Below the pieces are notes generated by a model. It made no database searches, had not been told where the DNA came from, and saw only the letters and a program-made list of their open reading frames with translations. A stretch of 64,000 nt of DNA from Eledone cirrhosa. Taxonomy: Eukaryota. Every line of letters starts with the position of its first letter. Position 1 is the stretch's first letter. This document shows positions 55,289 to 64,000 of this stretch, piece by piece. The position numbers were made by a program, and so were the translations under genes. The stretch is from positions 159,898,001-159,962,000 of the forward strand of contig OZ024743.1 in the NCBI GenBank assembly GCA_964016885.1, given 5' to 3'.

Positions 55289-55290
<2 letters not shown>
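52885..55290 (-). mobile_element. 5'-truncated PLE with 3' pLTR (HHR 53104-53214) and an inverted pLTR at its 5' end (54964-55290, HHR ~54975-55087)
   Basis: ORF 53847-54518 has CNCHLPDKCPLQNRCL..WHYIGST (GIY-YIG). Minus HHR gtatt-CTGAGGA-attgatcag...ctgatcaat-GAAAC-AATT-GTT-aatac. (TA)n on both sides. Confidence 0.9.
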
Positions 55291-55380
<90 letters not shown>

Positions 55381-56816
55381 CAAAAGATTAATATGGTTCG
55401 TTGATTACTCAAAGAATACAATAATTTCAAAAAAATAATGACAATTAATAATTTAAATATATATAAATTTTGCCTTATTGATGTAATAATGTTTTGATGT
55501 TTATATATATTGCAATAATTTCATTAAGAGTCTCTTTATCCTATACTTTGATTAGGATAATTCAATATGTAATTAGGCATCAATTACGATATATACAATA
55601 GATGATTTATGGATTTCGAAATATCGCTGGACGTGAGAGTAGAGATAAATTATGAATGCTTGTATACGGTGAACGAATTATCTTCCTTTTGTTTACATTG
55701 TGCGTTAGAATTTCTTTTTAACTAGCTTGATAAAACATATTAAATAGGAAATATGAAGTGTAATAATATATAGACTATCATTAAAAGGAAACTATATATC
55801 AATATAATTAAATACAGAAGTAAATATCACCATCCATTATATAAATGAAATAAAATTATAGAGAGTAAATATAACCACAGTTTGATTCTGAGAAATAAAT
55901 GAAAATTAAAGAGTAGTAAAGCTTTTATAAAGTGAATTTCTGAATTAAAATAAATTAATTTGGATAATAAATTAACAAAATATATTATATGTATTGATGG
56001 GGATACATGCATAGTATTATATTTTAATACATATTTAATAATTATTTAAATACTCTTTAAAGATTAATTCTTTTAAATTTGTAGTAAAATATTAATAGAA
56101 TATCTTACCTTAAAATTAAAAATTATAATAATCTATAATGAGCTAAATTAAATTATATAAATTTGAAATTAACTTAAATTTATGATTGCTATAGAAAGTA
56201 ATCTATACCTAATAATCTAGATATAATATAAAGGATAATTAACTAAAGCATAATACAATACAAGAGATATTCATTGATATATGTGAATAGATTTTTTATT
56301 TCTTATTTCATCCAACATTTGAATACAACGGTTTTTTATTCCCCTCTATTTCATATTTTCTTCTTCTTTTTCTTCGTTTTTCTATATTCCCCTTCGTTTC
56401 CTCTTTATTCTCCCCACATCTTCCCTCTCTTTTGTCTGTATTCCTCTTTTCTTTTATATATTTCTTTTCTTCTTTTATTTATTCATTCACCCATTTATTT
56501 ATTCATTTATTTATTTCTTGCCTTTTCCTCTTCTTTGCACTCCCCTGTTATATTTCTAACTTTCTCTACGTCCTTTTTTTCTTTAAGTTTATCATATTAT
56601 TTGTGGTATAAAGTGGTTGAGATTTGAGGAAATAAATCACTGCCAATACTGGAATTGAATAATCAAAACCTTAGGAGTATGTCACATATTAAATCATATA
56701 TTTTTTCTGATGAAGACGTACTTAAACACCATTGTACCTTTGAAATATGTACAATAAAATATATATTTTGATTATGAGAATATTTTTCATTTATTAACAT
56801 TTTGAATAATATATAT

Positions 56817-56862
<46 letters not shown>

Positions 56863-57125
56863 TTACAAATATATATATACATATGTATATATATACATAT
56901 ATATACAATATATTAACAAATCGAAACTATATTTATAGAACCATATTTATTTCATTATACATAGTTCAAGGACCACCAGAGCAAACTATGGTGCGCTTTC
57001 ATCAGATAAAATATAATATAGGTTAATTTTATAAATAAATATTAACATACCCTTCAAAAATGCAACCATTCTGCAACCTCTACATGCATATATATATACA
57101 TATATATATATACATATATATATTA

Positions 57126-59455
<2,330 letters not shown>

Positions 59456-59693
59456 ATATATACACACATATGTATATATATATATATATTTATGTATTTA
59501 TATATATTATATATATATATATAAATATATATAATATTAAGGATACTATTCATGGCTATGTATATACTAAAACCTTTTATAGTTATATATATTTTAAACC
59601 CTAAACAGTGAAGGTCAGTCATTTATTACTACCTTATTACCAGTAAGATAAATAGCTCAATGTAATAACATCAATTGTTCTACAGAGCAGTTA

Positions 59694-60793
59694 TATAGAA
59701 TTCACAAGAATCAAGGCTATGTTCAAAGCATTTATTCACTTACAATTGTTTCATCCAAACCTAGGCTTGGTGTCAAGAACATTGATATAAAGATATGGCT
59801 CTTTGTATGGACTATTCAGTTGTAGCACTCCATGATAGAGAGTAATCATCCTAATATAAATACCTTTAGTACATCATGATAGAGTACACTGTATTTAAAA
59901 TTGGAAACTGAATATAAATATATAACCGTCTATATAAGGGACTCGATTGAGACACCTTATAATATATGTTAGAACAATAAATTTAATTATGGAAATCAGC
60001 TAGTTACCTCCCCTTACGCATTAACTCCCATAATTACACACATACTTCCGGATAATAAACTGATGTAAATTCTCGCAGCATAAACAACCTACTCTATAAA
60101 ATTGGATTCAAGAACACTGAGCCGCAATAAGCTAAAATAATTTAATTTAATACATCAAACATCCAATACGGAATCGTCGTTAATTATGTGATGGATGTAT
60201 AAACTCTATATTACATTTCCTGAATGTGAAAATGGTGGTGGATACGAAAACCATAACTTTCTTTTGCTTCTCCTTTTTATTTTTATTTTTCTGCACACAT
60301 ACTTTTTTATTATATACAAAACATACCTTACCACTACAACCTCCATAATACTCTTACTTACCCGCTTAAAGTGCTTGTATTACATGTAACACCCTGCCAC
60401 ACAATAACCACATCTAAATGAGACACACGTGCATGCCCCACGTGTAACTAACGCATACAATAACTATTACATCTGACTAACAAACTATCCTCTTGCATTA
60501 TCTATGTTAACTGCCGAATGTATTTTAATTTTGTTTTAATTTTGTTTTAATTTTAATTTTGATTTTGATTTTGAATTTGAATTGCTATACAGAAATAATA
60601 TAACATAATATATGTCACTCCACTGTACATCAATATATACATATGTATCTGTATGTCTCTTGCGTTGGAAAGGAGGTCAATTATGTGTACAAACATTGAA
60701 AAATACTCCGAAGACACCAAGCCTAGGTTTGGATGAAACAATTGTAAGTGAATAAATGCTTTGAACATAGCTTTGATTCTTGTGAATTCTATA
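59694..60793. mobile_element. PLE-derived remnant bounded by 81-bp inverted repeats; HHR-like motif at 60704-60750
   Basis: 59694-59774 is the reverse complement of 60713-60793. tact-CCGAAGA-ca-ccaagc-ctag-gtttgg-at-GAAAC-AATT-GTA-agtg. Confidence 0.8.
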
Positions 60794-61367
<574 letters not shown>

Positions 61368-62132
61368 CTACCCAACCTACCCGTCAAGTAGCTTTCGATG
61401 TAACCATTAAACTAAAGAAAGTAATTTGAATACATAGAAGAAAAACGTATTTTATGTAAACATGAAAATCTTAGGCACTATTCCAGCGAAATAATTAATA
61501 TGTGAGCTCGGTGTTTTTTGTTGACAACAGTAAAAGCGCATCATGAAATAGTGAATTGAATGAATAAAAAACACTGTTATGTACAAAGCATAATATTGTA
61601 AAAGTTATGACATCACTTATTGTATGAAGATCAAGCTTGAAACGATAAATTATATAATGTCAAATATATAACTTAATTTAGTAATCTATTAGAAATTGCT
61701 GGTTGTGAAATATACAAAATGATATTGTTAGTCTCATGGAAGCGTACATTTTGTTGCAAGTACAAAGAGTAAATTAAAATCCGAATGAGCCGAATTACGA
61801 AAGATAACTCTTGTCTTACTAAAAGATAACTCTTGTCTTACTAAAAGATAACTCTTGTCTCACGAAAATTCACACAAATAATCGAAATTTTTTAATGTCT
61901 CCAAATGCCCCAATATCGATTTTTGAAAGGCTTTGTAGATTATGTACAGGTTTTGTGCAAGGAGAAGGTTTTGTACAAAGAAATAGCATGAATGGTTTAG
62001 AATATATGAGCGCTCATTAAAAATTGTCCACACACATACAAAAAACTTCGTCTTTATATATATAGATATATAAACAAACATATATATATATATATATGTG
62101 TATATATATGTATATATATATATATATATATA

Positions 62133-62317
62133 TAGGAACCAGTAAGACCCCGACAGCTGAGCTCAAGCCGTTTCGACGGCTAATTAGAATTAGCCGTCGA
62201 AACGGCTTGAGCTCAGCTGTCGGGGTCTTACTGGTTCCTATTACCCACTCTACTACCTCAAGTATTGAGTACTTTGGTGCGTTATGGTCCACCTGGTACC
62301 TTACCACATTTCCTTCG

Positions 62318-62320
<3 letters not shown>
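62133..62320. mobile_element. Perfect 53-bp-arm palindrome containing the 3' half of an HHR, plus ~80-nt tail, in (TA)n
   Basis: Arms 62133-62185 and 62188-62240 with a 2-nt loop. gccgtc-GAAAC-GGCT-TGAGCTC-AGCT-GTC-gggg. Confidence 0.88.
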
Positions 62321-62369
<49 letters not shown>

Positions 62370-62500
62370 GTGGGGGGGGTGTACGTATATATATATAGAC
62401 CTATATATATATATATATATTGAAAGGATAACAAGGATGATTGGTTACTCTTTGATTACATTTATTGGTAGGTGAACCTGCAATAACTCCAAGTTACACT

Positions 62501-62572
<72 letters not shown>

Positions 62573-62743
62573 ACATTAAATAAATGAAAACTATATTTAC
62601 AAAACCATATTTATTCTATTATATATATTTCTATGGTACCAAAAAAACTTTGGTACGCTTTAATCAAATAAAATACAAAGAGTGTTTCATAAATTTTGAC
62701 ATAGCCAAGGAAATCATACCTTATCAGTGGAATTTTCTTGGGT

Positions 62744-62839
<96 letters not shown>

Positions 62840-63149
62840 TACATACATACATATATATATTTATAGTTATTTAGGTTTGTTGGATGACCACTGGATAGAA
62901 TTGGTCAATACGTATGGTCAACCTCGTTGTAATTATGTAATTATGGAGAGCACTCAACGTCATGCAACTCACCCGTCTTCGTTTGTGTAGTTGGTGGTGC
63001 GAGAACGGAGTTAATTATTATAAAATAACAGGAGGCTGGACTGGTGTTATTCCCTGAAATGTTTATTATACCATGATTATTTCAATGACCGGGTCCAGTA
63101 TGAATCAGGTGACATCATCAGGTATTCAAAATATAACAAAGGAACATAA

Positions 63150-63580
63150 TAGGGGTCGATCAGTCTTCCTTGAGTGCTTGGAAAAATAAATTTCCCCTTC
63201 TTTCGGTAAACGAAATTACTCAGAACGGCTGCTTCGCCCTGGGGCTTTGTCAGACTTGGAACACGCCGCGCCACCGGTTTTGACTGCCAAATAATACCTT
63301 TAAATTCTAGGCTTAATCATAACTATTAACCTTATCATGCCTCTACTAGCACTTAACTAAATCCCCCACTAGTGTGAATAACTAGTAATCGTTTGGTATA
63401 TACGATGACCAGTCGACGGTGGCGGACTTCCCGCTAACACATCCGAGTACTCGGAAAAATAAATTTCCATTTCGTTCGCTAGAGGATAATACTCGGTACA
63501 GCTGACACGCCGTTGGGCCCCGGGCTGGCCGGGGTCCGAAATGTTGCTGGTTATTGACCGCTAAACATGGGCTTAAACTT
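63150..63580 (+). repeat. Diverged ~273-bp tandem duplication
   Basis: gagtgcttggaaaaataaatttcc at 63172 versus gagtactcggaaaaataaatttcc at 63445, with similar downstream spacing. Confidence 0.55.
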
Positions 63581-63791
63581 TACTCTATATTCTACCCTGA
63601 AACTTTATCGTGACTATCTATAATACACTTAAACTTTTTCATAACAGCCTCCTTCTTTAAATTCTTTAACTAAATTTCACAACCTTAAATCTAAACCATA
63701 TTTTTCTAATTTCATCTTAATTGGCATCTTCTAACTCTAAACATAAGATGTAATAATGAACAGCGGCACTGACTCCAGTGTACAGTGTACA

Positions 63792-63850
<59 letters not shown>

Positions 63851-64000
63851 CAGTATTTTCCGTTGTGTTGTAATATAAATATTACACACAGTAGATTATC
63901 AGCTCACGTAGAGTTTGCTCGACGGTTCCAGTTGTAGTTCCAAAAGTAATCCGGAGAAAAATAGAAAGATTTGAATGGATACAGTTTAGTTGAAAGGAAT

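Noticed and set aside
61800-61860. 21-bp tandem repeat aaagataactcttgtcttact x3 (also ggttattataata x4 at ~11545-11597)
   Set aside because: Ordinary slippage minisatellites.

Overview
This is AT-rich, gene-free eukaryotic DNA. The tRNA-derived SINE family and long (TA)n/(CA)n tracts suggest an octopod cephalopod (inference). I found no intact host gene; nearly all track ORFs are microsatellite translations or transposon fragments. The window is a nest of decayed retroelements: several Penelope-like elements (PLEs; RT plus C-terminal GIY-YIG), an R4/Dong-like REL LINE, CRE and RTE fragments, an autonomous Helitron relic, a non-autonomous Helitron and about 8 SINE copies. The main signal is non-coding. 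By eye I count roughly 30 type I hammerhead ribozyme (HHR) motifs in at least 12 sequence families. Most sit in small non-autonomous elements at or near (TA)n tracts, either as tandem retrozyme-like monomers (about 320, 440, 473 and 1005 bp) or as head-to-head fold-back hairpins with ribozymes pointing outward. Several families have greatly expanded, branched stem II domains or variant cores (U3-A8 covariation, U4A, A9U). All folds were paired by hand; no activity is shown.
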